Positions 19,201 through 31,000 of a DNA stretch of 64,000 nucleotides are shown one piece after another. A program made the position numbers and the translations under genes. Below the pieces are notes generated by a model that was given only the letters and a program-made list of their open reading frames with translations, searched no databases and was not told the DNA's origin. This stretch comes from a virus: the IMG/VR virus record IMGVR_UViG_3300024264_000023, positions 7,758-71,757 of that record, one strand, 5' to 3'. Positions within the stretch are counted from its first letter, which is position 1, and every line of letters starts with the position of its first letter.

Positions 19201-22040
19201 TTAAACTTAAATATTTTATCCATAGTTGCAAGAATGACATCTTTTGATGTTGCTAAATCCTTGGCATAAAGTTCTGAGTTAGATATATCAGGTACAAGAT
19301 TAAATAACTCATCCAAATCATCAAGAGTAATTGTCTGTCCTGAATGTGACTGTATGACTGTTTCAGCATCTGTCTTTTTTCCTTTCTTTGCAAAAGCTCT
19401 AATTACAGTAGCAACATAATCAAGTATAGCTGTTTTAATTATACCTCTGTTAGCACCTACTTCTGATACAATATCATTACCAAGTAGTTGAGTAAGTTCA
19501 ATATTAATACTACCTAATAATGATCTTTGTGTTGCATTTAATTCTTTGTTGGCTTCTATAGCATGAAGCCCCTCAAATGTTGAAAGGAATCTATTAAAGT
19601 TTAATATATATGTTATGTATTCTTTTTTACTTTGATTCTTAGGGTCAGTAGCATATTCTTTAAATGACTTCATCTGTCTTAGAGCATCCTGTAACAATCT
19701 TGTGTACACTCTAGACTGTGATATAGGACCTTCTTGTTTAGCAAGAGCTATGTAACTCAATGTACTTGCTATTTCTTCTTGCACATCTTCTTTTGATCTA
19801 TCTCTATATATGTTTTCCTTTAATAAATCTTCTACTTCTTGTTTACTTTTTAAAGCTTTTTCATATGTTTCTAAGGCACCAAGAACGGTTCCTTGTTCAG
19901 GATATTCTAAAGGATCAACAGTATCAGCAAAATTTTCAGCAGATTCTATATCTTGCTCAGCATTATAAATTTGTTCTGCTGCGTCTTTAAGGACTTGTTC
20001 TGATATCTCTTGTTCTGCTAAGTTTGTATCTATAGCCGGTATTAAAACATTGACCTTTTCTGCATTTTGTTTATACCCATGTGGCTCATTACCGTCAAAC
20101 CTTATTTTCTTACCATTATAAGAAATCAGCAGACTAGCAACATTACCAACACCATACTCAATATCATAGCCCATATTTTCAACCATTCTTTGTAAAAGGT
20201 TTACTTCTAAAGCATCTAGTGTTTTAAGAGTTAAGGACTTTGTATCAGTAAGTTTTGCATACATACTTGTTTCTGCCAGAGTTACCTTATCTACATTGTA
20301 TGGATTTTTCTTATCACCATACAGTATACCCATATCTTTAGTAGAAGTAAATATTCCCTTAGCCCAAGTCTTTGGATTTGTTTTTAAAACGTTTGATTCA
20401 GTTAATTGTATTTGTAAAATCTTAAGTTGTCCGGTTGATGCAACCAAGACTATGTCTGCTTTAGAAGCTATCTCTGAATATGCGTCATGAAAAACAACAT
20501 TAGTCAACATTACATCTCCTTGACTTTTAACTGTATTAACCTGATTTACTATATTACTAAAAGCCTGCTTAGCTACATCAGTTTCTATATTTGTAATCTT
20601 ATCAGATATCTTATCAAAAGATTCATGAGATGCAATAGCATCTAACATTGTACTTAAATCATTTTTAATAAGCTGTTGTTCTTTAGTTTCTTCTCTACCA
20701 AGCGCTTCTTTAGCTGATATAAAAGGTTTTTTGCTGGTAAGACTATAATATTTACCGTCTTCTTTATTCAAAATAACCAAGTCATCACTGTTAAAAGTAA
20801 CTCCTTCTGAGGCAGACAAAGTATCTGATTCCTCTTTAGCACTTTGAACATTGTGAAATAATCTATCAATCATTCTTCTCTGTAAAACCCCACCTTCTTT
20901 TTTTGCTACATTGACTATCTTTTGTTTTTCAGGTGATAGGCTATATCTTATTCTACCATTAACAGGTGTATCTAGTTTAAATGATATACCATCTGTATTA
21001 AGCAATCTAGCAATGTCACTTAAGGTTGCTTTATCAGATATATTATTTACTTCAAGAACACGCCCTGTAATTACCTCATTGAGGTTTTTAATAATTTTAG
21101 AAAACCACTCTAAAAATTGTTTTATTTTATCAGTAAAACTTTTAGTTGGGGTATTCTCATACTCATTATTAAAATGTCTAGATAGTGCTTGTGTTACAAT
21201 TTCTAATTGAACATCAGCTTCTGTAAATCTTCTTTTACCACGGTAAGCATCTTTTATTTGTTGAGTCATTTCAGGAAAATTCCTTTGTGCTTCATTTAAT
21301 AAAGAATTAAATAGATCTTCATTATCTAGTTTTACAGCATCTATGAAAGGGTGTAATACTTCTTCTATTGCTATTTCATCTGTTACTCTGCCATTTATTA
21401 GTATAGCAGTACCATCCAAATAAAATGAGTTTATTTTACTAAATGGAACTTTTGCTTTTTTCCATTGAGGTATACTAGCATAAAGATTCTCTGCATCCTT
21501 TACTGACATTAACTTAACATTAATTCCAGGAAACATTCTCATTAAATGTGAAACTACTTTTCTTGCTCTAGGTTTATCCCATGCTCTAGAGGATTCTAAC
21601 ATGTCAGTTGCAGAAAAAATAGACGGGTTAATAGATACAGAAAATGTTTTTTTTGTTTTAGCTATATCTATAGACTCAACAGGTATGTTATTTATTTCAA
21701 GATACCTATTTAACCTTCTAACATTAGAGTCTATAAGTCTTTGGCTTGGTTGTAATGTATCTGTATCAGTATTATTAATATAGTACTTACCCCCAAAGCT
21801 ATGTATTATTTTTAGCCTTCTAAGATTATTTAATAATGCAACACCAAACTCTTCTTGCTTCAAGTTAAAAAGAACTTTTTTATTAGCAATCATGTTTTGC
21901 GCTTCAACAACAGTAGGTATAGCATCACCCTTTGAAAGTCTCTGATATTGATTTATTACATTATTTGTTATAATATCAGTCTTATAAACTTTCTTTAAGT
22001 TTTTATACGTTGTTAGATTTTTATTGTGACACTTTCCCAT
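16293..22040 (-). CDS. Giant virion/ejection protein co-encoded with the virion RNAP
   Basis: 1915 aa directly after the RNAP gene, as in crAss-like cargo clusters; degenerate zincin-like (AIEEVLHPF) and possibly PD-(D/E)xK-like (ASKADIVLV..GQLKILQIQ) segments. Confidence 0.7.
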   Translation of the reverse strand: MGKCHNKNLTTYKNLKKVYKTDIITNNVINQYQRLSKGDAIPTVVEAQNMIANKKVLFNLKQEEFGVALLNNLRRLKIIHSFGGKYYINNTDTDTLQPSQRLIDSNVRRLNRYLEINNIPVESIDIAKTKKTFSVSINPSIFSATDMLESSRAWDKPRARKVVSHLMRMFPGINVKLMSVKDAENLYASIPQWKKAKVPFSKINSFYLDGTAILINGRVTDEIAIEEVLHPFIDAVKLDNEDLFNSLLNEAQRNFPEMTQQIKDAYRGKRRFTEADVQLEIVTQALSRHFNNEYENTPTKSFTDKIKQFLEWFSKIIKNLNEVITGRVLEVNNISDKATLSDIARLLNTDGISFKLDTPVNGRIRYSLSPEKQKIVNVAKKEGGVLQRRMIDRLFHNVQSAKEESDTLSASEGVTFNSDDLVILNKEDGKYYSLTSKKPFISAKEALGREETKEQQLIKNDLSTMLDAIASHESFDKISDKITNIETDVAKQAFSNIVNQVNTVKSQGDVMLTNVVFHDAYSEIASKADIVLVASTGQLKILQIQLTESNVLKTNPKTWAKGIFTSTKDMGILYGDKKNPYNVDKVTLAETSMYAKLTDTKSLTLKTLDALEVNLLQRMVENMGYDIEYGVGNVASLLISYNGKKIRFDGNEPHGYKQNAEKVNVLIPAIDTNLAEQEISEQVLKDAAEQIYNAEQDIESAENFADTVDPLEYPEQGTVLGALETYEKALKSKQEVEDLLKENIYRDRSKEDVQEEIASTLSYIALAKQEGPISQSRVYTRLLQDALRQMKSFKEYATDPKNQSKKEYITYILNFNRFLSTFEGLHAIEANKELNATQRSLLGSINIELTQLLGNDIVSEVGANRGIIKTAILDYVATVIRAFAKKGKKTDAETVIQSHSGQTITLDDLDELFNLVPDISNSELYAKDLATSKDVILATMDKIFKFKKQEFLDRVQARKADILDAGKTLLELSGEKDLQRLYDFMLEFNDDKKFTGFYTTRIGQNYLNEKKALRDKLYDANGKPRKYFPIYSLANADPIQIEKNKELYRDKKAFADFMQAEKLEDGVLTSGTFHQYTQEFIDVRKNYEYAQVWSNGEGVTWIKKPGVPQTAYDVYKSKYYYKVEYTKTFKDANREPTGAIKENKNFDAVKPDYVEVKDKRSDTGASLINPKYEAIMNPTDQLGEARKQYYLKFVEHYEDLLKKLPRSQRMQMLGKVPVIANNFVDEVMTKPSFFARMIPKFLGSIKNLFTETSEQKVVLLNEQGKLVDTLPVFYTGNPRVEGQLEKVYEDIQDLKDKRMQGGINVDQYKKERAVLEAEAAKLRSQPTLGEVSTDMTKSLVKFASMAENFEVMGQIEDTLQAMVQALKMRAYKEPGTALELIAKIKQGSQGFVNTVVGRDSQTGLQSNAEKRAHHWMKMVYYDNDKITKGAVDKLAGGLINLSSLSYVAFNIFGNFNNLTLGQINNYIEAAGGLFYTAGDYTEATKMFYTMGTQGMIERTANAVESAADFTGRVITGNNLQIKRGNYDPDKALNKYEAIVQFFRMMDDDADIREQFGLGDGDTLWSRFTNFGYSFNQGAEYKVQSTVGMAMLLGTQISNGEDSLNLVDALDFDQSTGKVTMREGYDTIINKDGSTTEYTDSWRFEMRNNIREVNKQIHGNYAREDRMVIQNNFTGILMAQFHKWVMPAFRARFQENYYDQNLGWLEGRYTSALKFLNHIRKTAVTGERGMAKFGLAELGKSFKEEYGLVDGRYDEGKANMMLKNVYRTLGEAMILLIIHILDETLVGGDDDDPILVKKLRNFGAYQANRTYKEMVLFNPLPTLGGYQQVYQMLKSPIAATRTLGELGELLDLTFGTGFGLLVYSDKEFRENSKYVYQNKPKKGMWKLEKNFYDVVPVLYTLQKWKNFEKLESFYIK

Positions 22041-22043
22041 ATT

Positions 22044-25000
22044 CTATAAATTACATCTTTTGATTTCTTCTAAGAAATTTTTAATTTTTTCCTCTTCTGT
22101 TTTCCCTTCATATGACAATGTTTCATTTTCATATAATGCTGTAAGATCTTTCAAAGATACAATATTATTATCAGCCAGGTTTTTTCTCATCTCAGTAAAC
22201 TCATCTGCTATGTATGGAGCATTAATTGTTTCATTATAGAATACTGTTATTAATGGATACTTGTCTTCTAAAGCTGCATCAAATAAATCTAATTGTTCAT
22301 TTTGTTTTGAAGTTAGCTCAGGCATATTATTTTCAGCTGATAAAATACCTTCTGTCTCTGTTTTAATATTAGCTTGTTCTCTTGATTGTGTTGCTGGTTG
22401 AGTAGATCTATAAGCATCAGCTAAAGATTCAATAAACCAATCTTGACCACCTGTTTCCCAAACTGTATTTTGTTTAGTAGGTTGGTGAGTAGAAGAACTT
22501 ATCCAATCAACACCTCCTTTTTCAGTTATTGAAGAAATTAACCTAGGGTGTTGCTCTAACTTAGCTGATATTAAATCTACCATCAACCTATAGTTATTAC
22601 TATTTTCCTTAGTGGGTTTAGTCCTAGCTTCAGACTTATCTTTTAATGCCTGATAAGCTGCCTCAACATCTTTATAGTTTTTACCGTTAAAAGTTATAGG
22701 GTAAGACTCTGCAAGGTTACCTTTAGACTTAGCTAATTCCGTAGGATTAGTAAGCGCTGCTGCTAAACCTTTAGCATTAGAAGATATTTCAACCTTACTA
22801 GTTTGTTCTGTAGGAGTTGTTAAGCTTTCTAAAAGTGTATCAGCATTTACCTGTGCAATGTTAACTGGAACAGCAGCTGAATCTATTTGAAATTCTACAC
22901 TGTCTTCTGTAGCAGATACATTTGCACTTTCAGTTCTAAGTGCACGGGCTGATATAGATTTTGATCTATCTAAATTAAGATTTTCAATATCCAATGAATC
23001 AATAACTTGATCTATACCAAGCATGTCTTCTATATTACCTATAATATCAGTTTTATTACTAATATTATTTCTAACTGTTGCATATGTATCTCTAGCACCA
23101 AACATAAACCCTATTGCATTTTGATAATTTGACCCCATAAATGGAACTTCATCATACATAAATGATGTGCTTTTTTCTTGATCTTCCCTTAGTAAAAATA
23201 ATTTGTTTGATCTTTCTACTCCAAATCCAGTATCTGTTTCAGTATAATACCTTAAGTATTTTGGTTGATTTTCAAAAACAAATGCACCATCAACCTGTGA
23301 GTTCTTAGGGGCAGATAATGTTAACACACCGTCTTTACTTAGTGCTGTTTTACCTTTAATTGAAGTTTGTGTATCTGAAGAACCATCAACGTCTGTCCTA
23401 ACCTCTTTAAAAGTAAGATTAAACATACCAACATTAGATGATAAGTATCCATTTTCAAACTCATTAAATAACTCATCTTTTGTTAAACCAAAAGCATCCT
23501 TGTAATCTTTATCATTAAGTAAAGACTCTTTGGCAGTCTCTATTTGTTGTAGATAAGAATCCATTACAAAAGGAGATATTGCTTCTAATAAGCTATCTTT
23601 AGAAAGCTGCAAACCATCTTTAACCATAATGTAATTTACAATTGTTGAGGCATCTTTTCTTGTTGCAGGGTTACCATACAATTTTGCAAATGAGGTTTGA
23701 AGATCTATCTTCTGGAGTTTATTTAAATTTCTCCATGTATTAGCAGCTAAAATATTAATTCCTGTTTTGTTAGACTCTGCATTCACAGGTAACTGTGTAA
23801 CAAATGATTTAAGAAAAAAGTTATCATTGTCTGCAGCATTTAATCTTCTAATAGAATCATAAATATTTTGAGCATCTACCATAGGGTATATAAGCTTATT
23901 GCTTAATGTTCCTGCATCTTTATCTTGTGTATTTGCATTGTTATGCATATACGCTTTTATAGTAAAGTAAGAAAGCATATCCCTTCTAATCTTCTGCTCT
24001 GTCTCTTCATTAAAAGTTATAGCATCTACAGCAAATGACTTTTCAAGTTTTTCATAAAGTTCATTAAATACAGGAGTTGCTGTTAAGAATACTTGTGGTA
24101 AAAGCTCATTTGTTATCTCATTAAAGATATCTAAATTTTGTTTTACAAAACTATTTTCCAAAATACGGGATATATCAATTACTGGATTTTCTCCAATTTT
24201 TTCTATTGCACCTATTTTCTGTAGATCTTTTTTTATTGATGCTATGTCAGCAAAGTTTTTACCTAGTCCTGCACTACCTGATATACCAGTTAATGAATTC
24301 ATATTACCAATAAATTCATTTATAGTATTTACTGTAGATAAAATTTCTAGCAGTTCTAGCTCTTGTTTAAAAGAACCACCACCTTCAACTAAACCACCAA
24401 GATCTTCTCTAGTTTTTATTCCTGTAGATAAATCTATACCTAATATTTTTCCATCTTTTATTTGACCCTGCTTAAATGCTAGCTCCTGATTAACAAGACC
24501 TTTAAACCCTGCATCAAACTTCTGTATTTTATTAGATGCTTGTTCAAATAGATCTCTGGCTATTTTTGAATTTAATATAAGTATTGCGTCAGACAACGGA
24601 ATTCCTAAAGCAACCATTGTTACAGCTCTTGGTACTGCTTGTTTGTGCATACCAAGCTTTGACATAAAGTTCTCTTTAGAGTTATCAGTAAGCATTGTTA
24701 TTATAGCAGATATAGTATCCTGCTTTCTTTTACCTTCAGTAGTAGTAGCTGTGTCAAATCCAGTATATGGTTTATTCAGAATACTAAACTGTAACTCTCC
24801 AGGTAACTTTATCTTATACTCACTTAATAAACTAATGGCTAAGTTTGGAGATACAGCTCTACCAATTGCTGCACCTTTATTATTAATAAATGATATTACT
24901 TTACCATTGATATCATCTACATCAACCTCAGAACCATTCATAGATTGAGTGTAGCCTGGTGCAAATTTTTCTAAACTTGCATATGCTTCTTTTACTGCAT

Positions 25001-28000
25001 CTAGTGTAGCCGGGGTATAAGAAATATCTTGTACTGCCTCATTACCCATAAGTGCATATCTCATATTAAGCACTGCATTATTAATTGGTGCTTCATATGG
25101 CTCACCATATTCTTCTTTATATTTTTGATACTGAGCTTTGGTTACAGGAAGCCCTAGTCTTGTTACAGCCTTTAGCGCATCATCAGTAAACATTTGATCT
25201 ATAATAAAATTATCATCATAGCTGTCCTCCAATCTTGAACCTTGAACTTTAAAAGACTTTAATGCTTCAGCATAGATTGTGTCTTGTTTAACTTTTGTAT
25301 TAATATATTCAACATAATCCTTATACTGTCTACCTTGTGTAGCACCATATTGGAAAAACTTCTTCTCTTCTTTTGAATAATAGTATTCTAATATTTGAGT
25401 ATATACTTTGTCAATATCAAAATCCGCACCTGATACTTCCACAAGTTCAGCTGCAAACATTGCTGAAGAACCATAATAAACAGGCATAAAATCTACAAGT
25501 TTTATATTCATTGTAGAATGATTATCTTGTGATGGTATACGCACAGCAAACATTTTTGCAATCATCTCTGGTATAGCACCACCTTTTTCTGCAACCTTTT
25601 CAAATACATCTTTGAAGTGAGCAGGCATCATACTTTCTGAATAACGTTGTTTTGTTGATCTACCTTTATCATCAAACTCTTGTAGACCATATCTAAGTCT
25701 ATCTATTACAACTATACCTTCTTTAGGTATTTGTTTTTGGGCTAACTCAGCCATAGAGAATTGCTTAACGTCTAAAGCTTTCATTCTAACTGCATCAGAT
25801 TCTCTTATTACTTCATGTCTAAGAGGTAAGAATTTACTATTACCTGCTTCATCTTTTATTTCTTCAACACTAAATACTCTTCTATATATATTATTTCCAA
25901 AGTCAGAAACCAAAGCCAAACCATGACCTGGTATTTTTTCCTGGAACACCCCTTTGGTAAAGTAACTTAAAAATAACTGTTCTGCTTTTGCAATAGCCAA
26001 TGGATTGTTAAAGTCAAACTTAGGTTGTCCTGATACAGGATCAATACTAAAAAACTCAATAACATTACTACTAGATTTAGATGCTTTTAAAGAATTGATT
26101 GCATAACTTAAGAATGATGCAAGGTCGGGTGTAAGATTGTTTCTTTCTTTACTTACATTAAACTCTGACATAACTCCATCAAAAGTAAATACTAAATTTC
26201 TTTTATTTTTAAATTTAAGAACAACTCTTTTCTTCAATGCATCATTATAGAATGCTTTAACTTTCTTTATATTAGTAAGAGCTGGATAACCCGGTATGTT
26301 TACCTGTTGAGAATCCTCTTGCTCATTTGTAGCTAATAGTTTTATTTGACTTACTTCAGTAACAGAATTTTTATTACTTGGATTTACAACTTGTAATCCA
26401 AAATCTTTAGCACTTATTATAGAAGATGGCTCTGATATACTTTCATCTAAAAGCTGTACATTTTTCTTAGCCATTTTCTGTGCACTTACAGGTGTTGCAA
26501 TTGCTACATTACCTGTATTTCTTTGAATAGTCTCAAGATCTTCTCTTAGTTTGTGAAGCTCTGGTCTTAACGGGTTTTCTTCCCAAATAACATTACCGTC
26601 ATTATCTTTCTTTCCTGTATCTATAGATGTAAATGAGGGTGATAAAACAAAAGCAGACATTTTAATAAACTGCTCACCGTCAAAATGAACAAACTTTTTA
26701 GAGTTTAACATCCCGTCTGTTTGTATTAACCCTCCTTCATCAAAGATATCACTTGATGTAATTCTTTCTCCTCGTTCTATTTTAGTTATAACATCAGCTT
26801 GTGACTTAGTTAATTTACCTAAACCAAACCAAAAGTTTCTAAATGCTTTAGTAGTTAAATAAACCTGTGCATCTGCTCTTTCAATACCTTGACCAGTAAA
26901 CCAAGAGTTTAAAATAGGATCATCAAATGTTAACACTGATATGTTTTCAGTCATGGTATCAACACCTAAATTGGTATCAACCATATTAGTATATACATTA
27001 TCAAATGCTGCATTCTGACCCTTAGCTCTTTTAATCTTATCAACAGAGTCTTTAAGTATTAATGCTTGATCACCAAGAAGAAGTTCATTTATAGATTTTG
27101 TATTTATATAATCATTGAAAAATATCTGTCTTAAGTTATAATCTAAATCTTTTCTTAAGTTTAGTTTTTCTGCAGCAGCTACAGCATTTGCTCTATCTAC
27201 ACCAGTTCTGTCTTGAACTATACCAGATTTTATTTCATTAGATATTTTATTATCTATTTTAAGAGTATCATATAAAGACTTAAATCTTTTATACTTAATT
27301 TCTAAATTGTTTCTTAACTGATCTTTAAATTGTTTTTCTGATAATTCATTATTTTTTAATGCTTCTTTAAAAGTAAGATGCTTTTCAAGAGTTTCTCCAA
27401 CTTTTTGTTGAGCAGAAACCTCTAAAGATTTCCTTAACTCTTCAGAAATTAAATCTGAATTATTTACAAAACTAAGTTTTCTATCATCATATCCTTTGTA
27501 TGAATCTTTTGTTCTGTTTTCACCCTGTTCTCTAACAATTCTATCATACTCATTTTTTACAAAATCAAATGATGCATCTATTATGGTGTCTGTTATATCT
27601 GCATTTTTACCAGATACTGCAATTGTAACTGGTAGTGTTGTCATATCATTAGTATTAGATGACTCTAGAATTCTTATCTGAATAGGAGAGGTGGCTATTT
27701 GTTCAACTAAACCAGTTTCTTGGTTTACTACAACAGACTTTTTAAGCTTATTTGTTTTTGGATTAAAGTCTAATGTATAGTTGTTAATTAAATTTGCCAT
27801 AAACTGACCGGCTGTAAAGCTTCCATACTCTGTTGTATTCAACACTCCACTGATATATTGATCATAATCAACATCTCTATCTAATGTTTTAACTTCTGCA
27901 ACACCAGATACTCTTTGTACTGATAGCATATTAGCATCAGACATTGCTTTAAACTTATCATTATTTAAAAGATAATTATTTGATAAGTATTCTTTTTCTG

Positions 28001-31000
28001 ATAACTCTTGTAATTTTGCCGGATAATTTAATTCCTTTATTCTTTTCAAATGATATGTAGGCTTCTGATGAGCATTCACTAAATCACCATTTACATTTTT
28101 AAATACGGATAAACCAATACTCTCATCAAATATGGCATTGTTAACTGCCATGGACTTTAGTCTACCTGCTGCACCTTTCTCATCACTATATAGTTCATGA
28201 GCTGTCTCTTTGCTTTTTATAATCTCAGATATAAAATAAAGTTGCTCAGCTGTAATTGGTTCTGCATTTGTGTTTAATGATAAAAGTAATTCTTGATCAG
28301 GATGTTTTTCATTTGTACCATTAGACTTTAGTATGCTAAATTTTATATATTGTGGTGATAAACTTATACCTGTATTATCAAATATTTGTTTAGCTGCATT
28401 TTTACTTGAGTCATCTAATTTCTGGTCATTAAACTTTTTACCACTTAATAATACTTGTCTAAGACTACTTACTGATTTTACTGCAGAGTTTCTTTCTTTT
28501 GGTTTTATCTTCCACTCTTGTAATAATGAAGTGTAAGCTTGACTCCATAAAGACAACTGTGTATTTGCATCATCTCTTTCTGCAGCAGAGAAAGTAATTA
28601 AACTTCCGTTATTGTCTGTCTTTTGAAATAACCATTCAACTTTAAAATTGCTAAATGCTTTAAGCTGATTAAACAAAATACTATTCTTAATCTTGGTAGG
28701 TAACACCATATCTGATACTGACTCACCCATAGTTATACCTAAGTCAGTAAATATCTTGTTAACTGCTGCTTTTGTATCTGGATTTGACGTAGAAAATAAA
28801 GCTAAAGACTGAACAATTTCCATGGGTTCAGTTCTACCCTCCATAGCTTTCATAATACCGTTGTAAGTATTATATACATTTATAGGTACAATCAACTTTT
28901 CTTCTCTATTATCTTTTCTTGTTATAGTTGTGTTACCAAATATATCTGACTCAGCTCTTGTTATTGTAGCTAAATACTTTCTAAAGTAAGATGATAATGA
29001 GCTAAAGCTTCCATTAAGGTATGCTTCTTTACCATACTGAGTTACATTTCTTAGACCTTGATCTTGTTCAAGGCTATCTGCTTCCTCAACCTCTTCTGCT
29101 TTTTGGAAGTCTATTGTATCCAAAACATCAAAAGCAGCTTTATAATAAGGTGACTCAGTTAGGTCTTCATAACTATTAGAGTATATAAAAGAATCTGTAA
29201 TTTTTTGTAACAGTTTAGATCTTTCACCATCATTCATATTGCTTTGATTAGATGGATTGTCAACACTATACAACCACTCAAAGTCATCTAATATTTCTGA
29301 CATTCTATCTTCTCTAGAGACTTTAGGGTCTTGTTGCTGTCTCTCTACAAATGTAGCCGCCATAGTTAAAACTATATTATTAGCTACACTACTATCCAAA
29401 AACAGTTGTCCTTTACTTGTTCCTACTTGTACTTGCTCATATGGAATAACAGCATTTGCTATTACTATCTCATTGCTATAGTTATCTGTAAATTCATTTG
29501 ATACTGATTCAGCCTGTGCGTATCTACCAGAGTCTATATTTTCATATAAACTTTGCAATTGAGTTTTAGTATACTTAGAGAATATACCTTTTATCCAATC
29601 AAGAAGTTTTGTAAACCATGACTTAACAACAGAATCTGTATTTGTATCTCTTGGGTTTAATTTAAATTTATTAAACTCATCCGCCATATATTCTTCATAG
29701 AAAAGATTTTGTAATTCTTTTAGACTTAGATTATCATATTGCTCAGATGTATTTTTAAATTTCTGTAATTCTTTAGTAAATGATTTATTTTCTTTTCTTA
29801 GCTTAGATCTTACTTCTTTTCTAGCAATTGCTCTTAACTTAACTTGTTCTTCTGGTGTTAATAACAATCTGTATACTGCGTGAAATGCCTCATGGTATTT
29901 AAATGGGTTACTTGCACCAGTATATATTGTTCCACCTATTTTAAGATTTCCTGCCAATGCATTCATGTTCAATGCAAAGCCACCTACTCTTACACCACCT
30001 TTTAAAAGATTACTTCCTAATACATTTATATCAGCAAGAGTAATAGAATCAGGTAAGTTATTTTGTGCCCATACAGTGAAGTCATTTAAAGATTGTACAT
30101 CCTCTGCTGTAAAATTTGTAACTACTTTATTTGAAATCAGCTTATCTCTAGCTTGTTTAAGTTTTTGATATACCGGGTCATTTCTTAATGCTTTTGTTAA
30201 TCCTCTAGCACCCACTTCTTTTTTAGTGGTGTCTTCTATTTCTTTTAATTTTACATTAAGTTGATCTAATGGGCTCTGTGTTATAGATGCTAAGTCTATA
30301 GAGCCATCTGTTGACGTTGCCGTTTTTTCTTCCCCAACAGGAATAGGGTTTCCTTCTGCATCAGTGAATGCCAGTGTTTCAGTAAAGACTGCGTTTGTAG
30401 TAATCTTATCTCCTAGATTGAGTATTTTATTAGTGTTATCTTCTGCAGATAAATTTACATCTTTATCAAAGCTTGCTTGATTAGCAGCACTTGTAGTTTC
30501 AAAATTTAATTTAGAGTTACGTCTGACTCTAGGACTAAGCTTTGTACCAAGGGATTCTAATGTAGTTTGTACATCAGCGTTTAATGATAATGATGTTGTA
30601 AATTGATTCAAAGAAATATTTACAGTATCATAACCAGCAACATCTAAGTCAGCATTAATCTTTTTCAATAAGTCATTCAGTTGCTTCAAAGGATCTGATG
30701 AAGCTTTAATTTCTGAAAGCTCTAGATATGTAGTTGTTATTTTACTTCTATTTTTTTCTACTACTGCACGTATTTTTCCAAAGGGTGCAACATTAATAGT
30801 AACATCAAATCCAGGAACCATTGCTATCCTGATACTCTTATTATTTTCTAGATTAAATACATCAATTTCTTGACCAACAGTTTGTTGTGTCTGACCATTA
30901 ATATAATTTCCTTTTTCATTAATTGAAGGCTTTATATTTTTTTCTTTATTTCCTTCCTTCAGTTCAATAACCTTATCCATCATTCCAGTTACAAACTGGC

